From contig NZ_CP179200.1 in NCBI RefSeq assembly GCF_051201565.1, positions 1,170,001-1,202,000 on the forward strand: DNA of 32,000 nucleotides, written 5' to 3'. Below, one piece after another: positions 7,465 through 16,488 of this stretch. The notes below the pieces were generated by a model. It saw only the letters and a list, made by a program, of their open reading frames with translations. It searched no databases and was not told the DNA's origin. The position numbers and the translations under genes were made by a program. Each line of letters opens with the position of its first letter. Positions within the stretch are counted from its first letter, which is position 1. The stretch comes from Pseudothioglobus sp. nBUS_23 (lineage in GTDB: Bacteria; Pseudomonadota; Gammaproteobacteria; PS1; Pseudothioglobaceae).

Positions 7465-8322
7465 ATGCTTGATATAGGATCTATAGAAAAACACATTGCA
7501 TCGATTGAATCTAGGGTTCATAACCTGCGACCAAACATTGAAAAGAAAATTTTATGGGCCCATAAAGCTGCTCAAAAAACGTCACTAAGCATAGTATTTG
7601 TCCATGGTTTTTCTGCAACGCGAGCTGAGCTAAGTCCTGTCATCGAGCAGATTGCTTTTGCTTTAAAGGCGAATGTATTCTTTACAAGATTGACAGGTCA
7701 TGGTCAAGATGGAGAAGCTTTGAGTTCTGCAACATTTGAGGACTGGACTTTGGATACTAATGAGGCCATTAGGGTTGGTGAGTTAATAGGCGATGAAGTT
7801 ATTCTTATTGGCTCATCAACAGGTTGCTCACTGATTCATAGTCTCTTAGAATATCAAGTGAAAATAAAGTCAGTTATTTATGTTTCACCTAATTTTGGGC
7901 CAAGCTCATTCAGAGGACATTTTCTTAGAGCACCCGGAGCTAAATGGTTTATACCTCTCATCCTAGGTAAAGAGCACTCCTTTGTACCAAAAAATTCTGA
8001 GCATGAAAGGTGTTGGACAACTAGCTATCCAACTGAAGCTCTTTTTGCGGTTAAGGACTCTGTGGTTGCCGCAAGCTTAGCTAACCATAAAAATATTAAG
8101 TTGCCGGTGCTATTCTGGTTTTCAGACAATGATAAAGTCGTCTCCGCTAGGGATACCCGTCGCATCATTGCTAAAATGGGAGAAAATGTTGAAGTTTTTA
8201 ATCCAATACTTTCACTAAAAGATGATCCATCAAAGCATGGAGTTCTTGGAGACATTTTGAGTCCAACAAAAACTGCACAGGGCGTCAAAAAAATCATTGA
8301 ATGGATCAAAAAAAATAACTAG
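7465..8322 (+). CDS. Alpha/beta-fold hydrolase (esterase/lysophospholipase-like)
   Basis: VFVHGFSAT (oxyanion region) and GSSTG nucleophile elbow (GxSxG); 285 aa. Confidence 0.7.
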   Translation: MLDIGSIEKHIASIESRVHNLRPNIEKKILWAHKAAQKTSLSIVFVHGFSATRAELSPVIEQIAFALKANVFFTRLTGHGQDGEALSSATFEDWTLDTNEAIRVGELIGDEVILIGSSTGCSLIHSLLEYQVKIKSVIYVSPNFGPSSFRGHFLRAPGAKWFIPLILGKEHSFVPKNSEHERCWTTSYPTEALFAVKDSVVAASLANHKNIKLPVLFWFSDNDKVVSARDTRRIIAKMGENVEVFNPILSLKDDPSKHGVLGDILSPTKTAQGVKKIIEWIKKNN

Positions 8323-9170
8323 TAATTACGTTTTTCTTTTGCGCCTTTGTAGAGTATCTCAGATAAATTTTCATTTGCAATCTTTCTTTGAGCAACAGTA
8401 TTTGGATCCATATTGAACCTAGGTCGATCTAGCAACATACCGTCATCATCTTGTCTTTTTTGACCCCTAACGTGAGTCCAAAGATTTCTCCCAACAATCT
8501 GTTTAACGTTATTAGGCATATAGGATTGAAGTGAGAAACCAATTCTCCTTTGATTGCTGTTATTAGGTTGAGAGCCATGGATCACTGCGCCATGATGTAT
8601 TGACATCTCTCCAGGCTGCAAAATAAGATCGACCGCCTTACTTTCATCAACATCTTGAATCACTTGACCTCTAGTCAAAATATTATTTTCAGCAAAGGTA
8701 TCTTCATGATTCTGGATTTTTGTTTTATGACTTCCCGCAATCATTGTCATGCATCCTGTTTCTATATTGCTAGGGCTAAGCGCAATCCATGGGGTGGGAA
8801 AGTCCAAACTATCAAGACCCATATAAGTTGCATCCTGGTGCCAACTAACGTATTGCTTGGAAGATGGCTCTTTAATAAACATGACCGATGCCCAAAGAGA
8901 GATTTCAGGTCCAATCAAATCCTCAATGGCATCTACAATGATTTTATTGTGAGCGAGCGCATCTAAAAAAGCAAATGAAAGATGTAGGTTGTTTCTGCTT
9001 TCAGAATTTATTTCTTCAGGAAACTCTTTTTCAACCTGTTCTAACTCGTCTTTGATGGATAAGGCTTCTTGTTCAGAAATAACCCTAATAGGAGAAATAA
9101 AACCTTGATCATGGTATTGCTCAATCTGTAGTTTTGTTAAGACTCTAGGCATGACTTTATTCACCTGCAT
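8319..9170 (-). CDS. Phytanoyl-CoA dioxygenase (PhyH) family Fe(II)/2-oxoglutarate oxygenase
   Basis: WHQDATY (HxD) and the distal HHGAVIHGSQPN motif; about 280 aa. An alternative start at ATG 9152 has AGGTGA 8 nt upstream. Confidence 0.7.
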   Translation of the reverse strand: MQVNKVMPRVLTKLQIEQYHDQGFISPIRVISEQEALSIKDELEQVEKEFPEEINSESRNNLHLSFAFLDALAHNKIIVDAIEDLIGPEISLWASVMFIKEPSSKQYVSWHQDATYMGLDSLDFPTPWIALSPSNIETGCMTMIAGSHKTKIQNHEDTFAENNILTRGQVIQDVDESKAVDLILQPGEMSIHHGAVIHGSQPNNSNQRRIGFSLQSYMPNNVKQIVGRNLWTHVRGQKRQDDDGMLLDRPRFNMDPNTVAQRKIANENLSEILYKGAKEKRNY

Positions 9171-9267
9171 AAAATTGCCATTTTATTATAATAAAAAATT
9201 AATAACCATATTTTTTATATGAGTATATACTGATCTTAACTATAAAAAATTCTTAGAGAATATTACA

Positions 9268-9468
9268 TTGCCAAATCTATTTAATAAGCATCCAAAAGAG
9301 GTCGGAGAAACTTACCTCCAACATCTAATTACTGCATGGAAGTTCAGCTTTAAATTATTTCGATTATTTGTGATTGCACTAATCCACGGCATATTTCCCT
9401 TTATTTTTAGAAAAACAGTAAGTGATAAAATCATCAAGATGGGAGACGAACTAAAGAAAAGAAAATAA
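9268..9468 (+). CDS. Small hypothetical membrane protein (66 aa)
   Basis: TTG start. One hydrophobic helix (FRLFVIALIHGIFPFIF). It resembles small conserved DUF proteins, but I cannot name the family with certainty. Confidence 0.4.
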   Translation: MPNLFNKHPKEVGETYLQHLITAWKFSFKLFRLFVIALIHGIFPFIFRKTVSDKIIKMGDELKKRK

Positions 9469-9530
9469 ATTCGCTTAAAATTCATGAATACTTCATTTTT
9501 TTCTTAAGGATATTTACTAAAATTCATTTT

Positions 9531-9998
9531 ATGAAATCAATTTTAACTGCTTTAATTATTTGTACTTTTAGTGCGAGTTCATTTGCTGCAATGTCTCCTC
9601 GTTTTTATGAGAATGAGATTCTCGGTAATTGGGTATGTAAAGATCTATGGCCTGGCTACTCCGCCTTTGAGGTGATTCGATACAAGAAAGATGGTACTTG
9701 GAATAGCTTTGGTGAACTTATCGTTGATTTCCCTATGGAAGAAAATAAGATTAAGGTTTTTTATAGCGCCTTAGGATCAGGCGTTTGGGAAATCGAGGGT
9801 CAAAATCTAACAAGCATGATAAACTCCATTGAAGTTAGAAATAGAAATCACCCTTGGCTTGAAGAATACTTTAGCTTACAAGACGAATTCAAACTAAATG
9901 AAAAAAATTCCGAAGAAATAATTGTACTTGCTGACGATTACATTAACCTTCAACCATCATCAGGAAAACCATACGAGTGCTACAAAGTTGAAATTTAG
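9531..9998 (+). CDS. Secreted hypothetical protein (155 aa)
   Basis: Clear signal peptide MKSILTALIICTFSASSFA-AM. The rest is beta-rich looking. Confidence 0.6.
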   Translation: MKSILTALIICTFSASSFAAMSPRFYENEILGNWVCKDLWPGYSAFEVIRYKKDGTWNSFGELIVDFPMEENKIKVFYSALGSGVWEIEGQNLTSMINSIEVRNRNHPWLEEYFSLQDEFKLNEKNSEEIIVLADDYINLQPSSGKPYECYKVEI

Positions 9999-10349
9999 TT
10001 ACGCGTCTCGCTGATTGTATTTTTTTGAACTGCCTTTAGACAGTTCAACTGGGTATTTATTACCATTTTCAATAAACTTCTCTTCAATTGCCTCCTCTAA
10101 ATTAATCTCTAAAACGTCACAAAAGCGAATTAGGTACATAGCAATATCAGCCACCTCACTTCGAATTGAGGCCAGCTGTTTTTGATCTGGAAAATTTGAT
10201 TCTTCTAGAGTAAGCCACTGAAAAATTTCAACAAGTTCTGAAGCCTCAACGCTCAGCGCCATAGACAGATTTTTTGGACTGTGGAACTGCTCCCAATCTC
10301 TTTCTGATGCAAAATTACTTAGCTGGTTTTGTATTTTACTTATATCCAT
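9999..10349 (-). CDS. MazG-type nucleotide pyrophosphohydrolase (small all-alpha NTP-PPase, dCTPase-like)
   Basis: FASERDWEQFHSPKNLSMALSVEASELVEIFQW and the later EVADIAMYL are typical MazG-domain EExxE/D motifs; 116 aa. Confidence 0.8.
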   Translation of the reverse strand: MDISKIQNQLSNFASERDWEQFHSPKNLSMALSVEASELVEIFQWLTLEESNFPDQKQLASIRSEVADIAMYLIRFCDVLEINLEEAIEEKFIENGNKYPVELSKGSSKKYNQRDA

Positions 10350-10443
10350 ATACTCTTTTTATTACAACTCTTTTACAAAAAAAATTTAGTATACTTAACA
10401 CACTTAAGATTTCTTAAGTATTTATCAACTATAAGGAGTTGTT

Positions 10444-10833
10444 ATGAGTATCCCGGTTCTTTGTCATATTTTTTTAATCTTATTTGGTGGTTTCTTTGCT
10501 ATACAGCTTTCTTTTAATTCAAAAAAGTTTGCAGAATCTAATCGAATGGATTCACCACAGGCAGCTTTTGCTTTTAAACCAGCAGGATTCCTAATGTTTG
10601 GTTTTGTTTTAATGCTAATTGCCACACTACCAATGTTGCAAATTGGAGGCTTTAGTTCTGCAAAAGAGGTTGTTGCTGGTGTTGGAATTTTTACTCTTTT
10701 TGCCTTTATCTTTAACATGGGACTCGTGTTAAAGGTTTGGTCAACATTTGATGGTGCTGACCATGAACCAAAAAATGCTATTAGGCCCTTAATACCTTTG
10801 ATAGCAGTTATTATTTATTTTGTAACATCTTAA
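10444..10833 (+). CDS. Hypothetical integral membrane protein (129 aa, about 4 TM)
   Basis: Strong RBS AAGGAG upstream and four hydrophobic segments. Confidence 0.6.
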   Translation: MSIPVLCHIFLILFGGFFAIQLSFNSKKFAESNRMDSPQAAFAFKPAGFLMFGFVLMLIATLPMLQIGGFSSAKEVVAGVGIFTLFAFIFNMGLVLKVWSTFDGADHEPKNAIRPLIPLIAVIIYFVTS

Positions 10834-10852
10834 CTAATTAAAAGGAGACATT

Positions 10853-11182
10853 ATGTCAGTATACAAAGCTCAAGAAGCAGCTAGAGAAGCAAATGATATG
10901 GAGGCTTATGCCGCCACTCTTCATGACGATTATCAATTTATCATGCACCTGGACAACTCAAAAAAAAATAAAGAAGAGGCAATGGAAATGTTTACATTTA
11001 TGATGAACAGTGATGATTTCGTCACGCATGAATCTAGATGCCTATATGAAAGCAGCGAAGCTATGGTTACTCATGGTGTTATGAGTTTTCCAGATGGGAC
11101 ACGTGAGGCAGTTCTTGCTTTTCATGAAATAAAGGATGGACAAGTCATACGCATGGAGACTGGTGCAACTCTTCTTCCTTAA
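10853..11182 (+). CDS. Small NTF2/SnoaL-like fold protein (109 aa), hypothetical
   Basis: RBS AAGGAGA upstream. The N-terminal pattern ...DMEAYAATLHDDYQFIMH resembles SnoaL-like domains. Assigned by eye. Confidence 0.45.
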   Translation: MSVYKAQEAAREANDMEAYAATLHDDYQFIMHLDNSKKNKEEAMEMFTFMMNSDDFVTHESRCLYESSEAMVTHGVMSFPDGTREAVLAFHEIKDGQVIRMETGATLLP

Positions 11183-11200
11183 AAAAGAGTTTGGCCTATA

Positions 11201-11229
11201 AAAAAAAGGCGCTTTTTAGCGTCTTTTTT
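11201..11229. terminator. Rho-independent terminator (A-tract/hairpin/T-tract, potentially bidirectional)
   Basis: aaaaaaa-ggcgc-ttttta-gcgtc-tttttt. The stem contains one G-U pair. Confidence 0.6.
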
Positions 11230-11264
11230 ATTCGATAGAATAAATTCTTAAGATTCATCTAGAA

Positions 11265-12518
11265 ATGAAACAAAATAATCTTTGGCAAGAAACCTCACAA
11301 GAGAAACTAACCTCTAAGGTGCTTGAAGGCACTGTGGAGTCAGATATAACTATTGTAGGTGGCGGCTATACAGGCTGCTCTGCCGCCTTAACTGCCGCCG
11401 AAAATGGACTCACAGTATCTCTTATTGATCAACAAATTGGATATGGTGGCTCAGGTCGAAATGTTGGCTTAGTGAATGCAGGACTTTGGCTACCCCCAGA
11501 AAAAGTAGAAGGAATTTTAGGTAAAAAAGGTGGGGTCAAGCTAAATGAGGCACTAGCAACTGCGCCAGATCTTGTATTCAACTTAATCAATAAAAATAAT
11601 ATTAGCTGCAATGCTGACCGTGCAGGTACGCTCCATTGTGCGCATTCACAAAATGGCTTGAAAGACATTAAAAACAGATATCGCCAGCTTTCTGAACGAG
11701 GAGCTGAACTGAAAGTATTAGACAAGAATGAAACTGAATTAGTTACCGGTTCATCTTCATTTCAAGGAGCACTCCTCAATGAAAAGGCTGGAACTATTAA
11801 TCCACTTAGCTATTGCTTAGGATTAGCAAGAATAGCGCAATCTAGAGGAGCCAATATTTTTGAATCATCTCTTGCCACCAAAATTGAGTTTCATAATAAT
11901 GAATGGATTACTCATAGTGAGAAAGGATTGATTAAATCAAAGAAAATTTTGATAGCGACCAATGCATACCTAAAAGGCATTTCAGGAATACCAAGCGCAA
12001 AATATACTCCGGTTTTTTATTTTCAAGCCGCAACAAAACCCCTTCCAAAAGAGATTATAAAAAACATTTTGCCTAAATATCATGGATGTTGGGATACAGC
12101 TACTGTTATGTCATCTTTTCGGTTAGATTACGATAATCGCTTTATTATTGGAGGTATTGGTAATCTTGGCCAAAATATATCTAAAATTCATTCAAGTTGG
12201 GCAAAAAGAAAGGCTTATTCTTTGTATCCTTCTTTAAAAAATATTCCTTTTGATTATTTTTGGGGTGGTGAAATTTCGATGACAGATGACCATATTCCCA
12301 AAATATATCGTTTTGGAAAAAACGCCTATTCTATCTTTGGTTACTCTGGAAGGGGGATAGGCCCTGGAACCTACTTCGGAAAATCTATAGCTGAGGCCTT
12401 TTACAACGAAAATGAAGACTCACTACCTATAAGGCCAACTAGCAGTAACAACCAGAGCTTTAGTAAGATCAAAGGAAGTTTTATTGAACTTGGAGCAAAA
12501 ATCAACCACTTGATTTAA
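11265..12518 (+). CDS. FAD-dependent oxidoreductase, DAO (D-amino-acid/sarcosine oxidase-like) family
   Basis: Dinucleotide-binding motif ITIVGGGYTGCSAALTAAENG; 417 aa. Confidence 0.75.
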   Translation: MKQNNLWQETSQEKLTSKVLEGTVESDITIVGGGYTGCSAALTAAENGLTVSLIDQQIGYGGSGRNVGLVNAGLWLPPEKVEGILGKKGGVKLNEALATAPDLVFNLINKNNISCNADRAGTLHCAHSQNGLKDIKNRYRQLSERGAELKVLDKNETELVTGSSSFQGALLNEKAGTINPLSYCLGLARIAQSRGANIFESSLATKIEFHNNEWITHSEKGLIKSKKILIATNAYLKGISGIPSAKYTPVFYFQAATKPLPKEIIKNILPKYHGCWDTATVMSSFRLDYDNRFIIGGIGNLGQNISKIHSSWAKRKAYSLYPSLKNIPFDYFWGGEISMTDDHIPKIYRFGKNAYSIFGYSGRGIGPGTYFGKSIAEAFYNENEDSLPIRPTSSNNQSFSKIKGSFIELGAKINHLI

Positions 12519-12527
12519 AACCTGAGT

Positions 12528-13841
12528 CTACCTGTCTCTTCCAACCCCTTTAAACCTTTGTTTGGTGACATACCATGCCCCTAAGTCCAATATAGGCTTT
12601 GGTGGAAGCCATTTAGCCTTTTCTATTGAGAGGCAGTCATGAACCAGTTTTTCATCGTTACCATAAGCATAATCTGCCATAGCAAGGCCAAAAGCAGTGC
12701 CCTTAGTGATACCCGATCCATTGTAGCATCCAGCATAATAAAAATTGTTTGATAGTCTTTTAAAGATATTTGTTTTATTTGCTGTAACTCCCTCTACACC
12801 AGAATATAGATGCTCAAAATTCACATGACTTAACTCAGGAAATCTATTATTAAATGCCTGACGATGAATCACTTGCCTGCTTTTAAGTTGATTATCATTT
12901 AATAAACCGTAATTATTATATTCAGCTGTATTTCGTATTGAAATTCTCTTATCTTCTGTAAGCCTGACCGTTGCTCCGCCGGTGTGAAGAGACAAAATCC
13001 CCCATGAAGACTCTGTGCCAAGCAAATCAACCTCATCCTGATTTAATACCCGAGTAATACTTCCTGATAGGGTAACACCGACCACTCTCTGTTTATGTTT
13101 TCCATTTGCCAGAGGCTCATAATTACATGCCATGATAACGTTGTCTGCTTTGACAGACGATTTTGGGGTTTGTATTGTATTTATTACCCCTCTAGTAAGC
13201 TTCATAACTGGAGTATTTTCATAGAGCTCAACATTATTTGGAAGGCTATCAGCTAAACCAAAAACTAGTTTAGCAGGTTGGACTAGGGCACCCTTTTTAA
13301 CCTTTACTCCCTTCTGGTACCAGCATGTACCAAGCTCTAGCTTAATTTGATCTTTTGAAAGCTCCATATGCTCAATTTTTCTCTTTTGAAGATAATCTAC
13401 AAACTGATCGCACTCGTCAGATGAATTTTTATCTGCGGCCATATGATAAATTCCTGCATCTTTGTAATCGCAATCAATTTGATTTGCCTCAATTATCGAT
13501 TTTAAAGATGTTAGACCAGTTTGATTAATGCGGTCAATCCTTTGATAATGCTCAAGCTGATTCTTTTGATATCCCCCAGAAAAGTGACTATGTGCTACCG
13601 CATATCCTGAGTTTCTTCCAGAAGCGCTTTGACCAACCTCTCTTGCCTCAAGCAAGACAATCTTTTCAGTTGGGTTGAGTTCTGCCAACCTTCTTGCACA
13701 TGAAAGACCTGTATATCCAGCTCCAATTACTAACCACTTGGTATCTATTTGAGTGGTTAGTTCTGGTCGAGGCTCTCTTGGATGAATTAAATCAACCCAG
13801 CCCTTAGTTTCTTGATCAAAATTATGATGAGTTTGATTCAA
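12528..13841 (-). CDS. FAD-dependent oxidoreductase, DAO family (PuuB/OrdL-like length and N-terminus)
   Basis: WLVIGAGYTGLSCARRLAE Rossmann motif preceded by an N-terminal extension of about 35 aa; 437 aa. It starts 5 nt after the stop of the upstream gene. Confidence 0.75.
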   Translation of the reverse strand: MNQTHHNFDQETKGWVDLIHPREPRPELTTQIDTKWLVIGAGYTGLSCARRLAELNPTEKIVLLEAREVGQSASGRNSGYAVAHSHFSGGYQKNQLEHYQRIDRINQTGLTSLKSIIEANQIDCDYKDAGIYHMAADKNSSDECDQFVDYLQKRKIEHMELSKDQIKLELGTCWYQKGVKVKKGALVQPAKLVFGLADSLPNNVELYENTPVMKLTRGVINTIQTPKSSVKADNVIMACNYEPLANGKHKQRVVGVTLSGSITRVLNQDEVDLLGTESSWGILSLHTGGATVRLTEDKRISIRNTAEYNNYGLLNDNQLKSRQVIHRQAFNNRFPELSHVNFEHLYSGVEGVTANKTNIFKRLSNNFYYAGCYNGSGITKGTAFGLAMADYAYGNDEKLVHDCLSIEKAKWLPPKPILDLGAWYVTKQRFKGVGRDR

Positions 13842-13846
13842 AGTAA

Positions 13847-15001
13847 TTAGTTCAGATGATCAATTAAGATAAAGTGATCACTTATTTCTTCAGCCTGTGA
13901 TAACCAACGACTCACCAATTCCTTTTGGTGAGGTGCAGCAGTTACTCCAGAAGAGATTTCATTGTCAAGAACTGCCTCAATAGCTAGTGCTACTGAACAT
14001 GAAACTAGCTGGGCCATTGCGCTACCTTTTTGATTTCCTAGCGTATCCATAAGAAATTGTTTGTGCCAAACAACCTTTGAGTCATTTTCAACCTTTAACT
14101 CAACTGTTAGAATGACTCGATCAACCTCACCATCCTTATATGAATATTTATCCCATAAATCATCACTAATTTCTTTTAAGCGAGACTCTGCAATGGAAGC
14201 ATCTAAAGTATCGACTTCTGAAAAGATCTGGCTCCATGCATTTTTCCAACCCTTATATCTGAGGGTCCCTCTAACAAATTGTTTAATCTTTAGGCCATCA
14301 TTCATCTGGTATTGCTCAATAAACGGAAGCGAGTCACGATTTGGGTAAACCTCAAACTCATCTTCACCCCAAGGCATTGGAAGCGGGTACAACTCTACAG
14401 ACTCCCATGGCTTTGTCACCGTAAAAACTTCACCGTTACGAATACTCACAGAGGTTGACATTAAGGCCTTAAGTACACCCAGAGGGGACCAGCTAAACTT
14501 ATAGCAAAAGTCATTTGGAACATCACTAAGACCTCCACAGTAACTCAAAAAAGAATGTTGATTCTGTGTTGAAAATACAGATGCATTTTTGTAATCCTCA
14601 ACCAAGGCATGTGACATGCTATGATCAATTCCAGGATCCAATCCAACCTCATTCACAAAACATAAGTTTTTTTCTAAAGCGGCGCTATTCAAGTCTCTCA
14701 TCTCATCTGAAATATAAGAGCTTGAGACAAAGTGTGCGTCCAGTGAAAGACATAGCTCAGCAACTGGAACATGAAAGTTTCCAGGAAGCATTGAAACAAC
14801 CACATCGCCAGCATTAACATTTTGCTCAACAGTTTTGAGCGTAAATGGAACAACTTTGTAATCTCCATTGACTCCAGACAGAGCTTCAAATGCTTTCTCT
14901 ACTGTTCGGTTATATACAACAAGACTATGTCCATTCTCAATCAACATCTTTAAACCTGGAATCGCCGAAAGTCCTGTTCCAAGCCAATGAATATTTGCCA
15001 T
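13847..15001 (-). CDS. Saccharopine dehydrogenase/reductase-like NAD(P) oxidoreductase
   Basis: N-terminal Rossmann IHWLGTGLSA and the motif EVGLDPGIDHSMSH characteristic of saccharopine dehydrogenase family proteins; 384 aa. Confidence 0.7.
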   Translation of the reverse strand: MANIHWLGTGLSAIPGLKMLIENGHSLVVYNRTVEKAFEALSGVNGDYKVVPFTLKTVEQNVNAGDVVVSMLPGNFHVPVAELCLSLDAHFVSSSYISDEMRDLNSAALEKNLCFVNEVGLDPGIDHSMSHALVEDYKNASVFSTQNQHSFLSYCGGLSDVPNDFCYKFSWSPLGVLKALMSTSVSIRNGEVFTVTKPWESVELYPLPMPWGEDEFEVYPNRDSLPFIEQYQMNDGLKIKQFVRGTLRYKGWKNAWSQIFSEVDTLDASIAESRLKEISDDLWDKYSYKDGEVDRVILTVELKVENDSKVVWHKQFLMDTLGNQKGSAMAQLVSCSVALAIEAVLDNEISSGVTAAPHQKELVSRWLSQAEEISDHFILIDHLN

Positions 15002-15152
15002 TGATACTCCTCAAAATTATTAATTTACAAAATTTAATTTTTTACACTATTTTAGAGATTAGTCTTTATTTTTAAGGGCATGTTATCATTTTTTTGTAAC
15101 ACGACTTTGGAATTCCTTATACTAAGCAATTTACTTTGAAGATAGATTTAAA

Positions 15153-16157
15153 ATGAGCCCAACGACAACCAAACTAAGCCTTGATGAAATTTTTAAATTA
15201 GCCAAAGCAGCACTAATCAGTAATGGTGCAGATGAAGAGAATGCTGATGCTGTTGCAACTACTGTGACTAATGCTGAGAGAGACGGGTCTGTCTCTCATG
15301 GCTTGTTTCGCATACCAGGATACATTAAAGCTCTTAAAAGCAACAAAGTGGATGGCTCTGCCAGACCTGAAATTAAAGAGGTAACGCCCACAATTTTCAG
15401 GTGCGATGCTCAAAACGGATTTGCACCTCTTGCTCATAAGTATGGAATTAAAAAGCTAATTGATGCTGCAAATATTTTTGGTATTGCAGGCCTTTCTATT
15501 CAGCGCTGTCATCACTTTGCAGCACTCTGGCCAGAGGTTGAAGCCATTAGCGACCAGGGACTCGTTGGCTTAACGTCTGTTTCTTATACTCCAGCAGTTG
15601 CTCCTTCGGGCGGAAAAACTGCTTTATATGGCACAAATCCAATTGCATTTTCGTGGCCACGACCTGGTAAAAATCCAATTGTTTTTGACATGGCAACAGC
15701 CTCAATGGCAAAAGGTGAGATTCAGATTGCTGCAAGAGATGGACACTCCGTCCCCCTAGGCACAGGGCTTTCAGCTTCTGGGGAATTGACTACTGATGCG
15801 GCAGAAATAGATAAAGGTGTTTTATTGCCATTTGGTGGTCATAAAGGGTCAGTCATTGCACTTATGATTGAGCTTTTGTCAGGTCCTCTTGTTGGTGAGA
15901 CTTTTTCCTACGAATCAAAGGAGCGAGATAATGGAGACGGTGGCCCAGCTCAAGGTGGTCAGTTCATATTGGCTATGTCACCTAAAATATTATCTGGAAA
16001 AGATACGTCAGAACAAACTGAAGACTTTCTTAAAAAATATAAATCCATTGACGGTGTTCGCATTCCAGGCGAAAGAAGGCACAACAATAGACTAGATACC
16101 GGCCCTAGGGATGTAAACTCTGCACTGATTGAAACGATTAAGGGTCTTTGTAGTTAG
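15153..16157 (+). CDS. Ldh2-family (malate/L-lactate dehydrogenase type 2) oxidoreductase, Delta1-piperideine-2-carboxylate/Delta1-pyrroline-2-carboxylate reductase-like
   Basis: GSVSHGLFRIPGY, YGTNPIAFSWP, FDMATS..AKGE and GHKGS motifs typical of the Ldh_2 family; 334 aa. Confidence 0.8.
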   Translation: MSPTTTKLSLDEIFKLAKAALISNGADEENADAVATTVTNAERDGSVSHGLFRIPGYIKALKSNKVDGSARPEIKEVTPTIFRCDAQNGFAPLAHKYGIKKLIDAANIFGIAGLSIQRCHHFAALWPEVEAISDQGLVGLTSVSYTPAVAPSGGKTALYGTNPIAFSWPRPGKNPIVFDMATASMAKGEIQIAARDGHSVPLGTGLSASGELTTDAAEIDKGVLLPFGGHKGSVIALMIELLSGPLVGETFSYESKERDNGDGGPAQGGQFILAMSPKILSGKDTSEQTEDFLKKYKSIDGVRIPGERRHNNRLDTGPRDVNSALIETIKGLCS

Positions 16158-16471
16158 AGAAGACTGGAATACAGATAATCTGCTAAATCAACTGTGTCAC
16201 TCTCTGGATTTTTACTACAATAATTCACTGTAGCAATATAGATAAGTTCTGGGTCTGGCTTAAGGGGGTAGCTAGAGGTTTCATAATTTCTTCCAGTGTA
16301 ATAACCGCTAAACCAAAACATGATCATTGTCTTAACATCTGAATTATTCTCACTCACTAGCTGATTCACTTTTTCACATTTCATATAACCTACCGCAAGG
16401 TAGGCCTGCGCATTGGAGAGGGCAAAAAAATTACAAACGACAATACTCAGAATAAAGAAATATTTTTTCAT
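16154..16471 (-). CDS. Small periplasmic protein, possibly HdeA/HdeB-family-like
   Basis: Signal peptide MKKYFFILSIVVCNFFALSNAQA. Two Cys about 53 residues apart (MKCEKV ... NYCSKNPESD), reminiscent of the HdeB pattern TCQEF ... YCKKNPQ. Confidence 0.35.
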   Translation of the reverse strand: MKKYFFILSIVVCNFFALSNAQAYLAVGYMKCEKVNQLVSENNSDVKTMIMFWFSGYYTGRNYETSSYPLKPDPELIYIATVNYCSKNPESDTVDLADYLYSSLL

Positions 16472-16488
16472 AACTTTCTTTAGAATAT

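Noticed and set aside
9999-10349. The MazG-like pyrophosphohydrolase as part of a toxin-antitoxin (mazEFG) or anti-phage nucleotide-depletion system.
   Set aside because: It is a stand-alone small MazG-domain gene. There is no MazE/MazF-like, nuclease or other defence-type neighbour. The flanking genes are a secreted orphan and a membrane orphan on opposite strands. It is most simply a housekeeping NTP-PPase.
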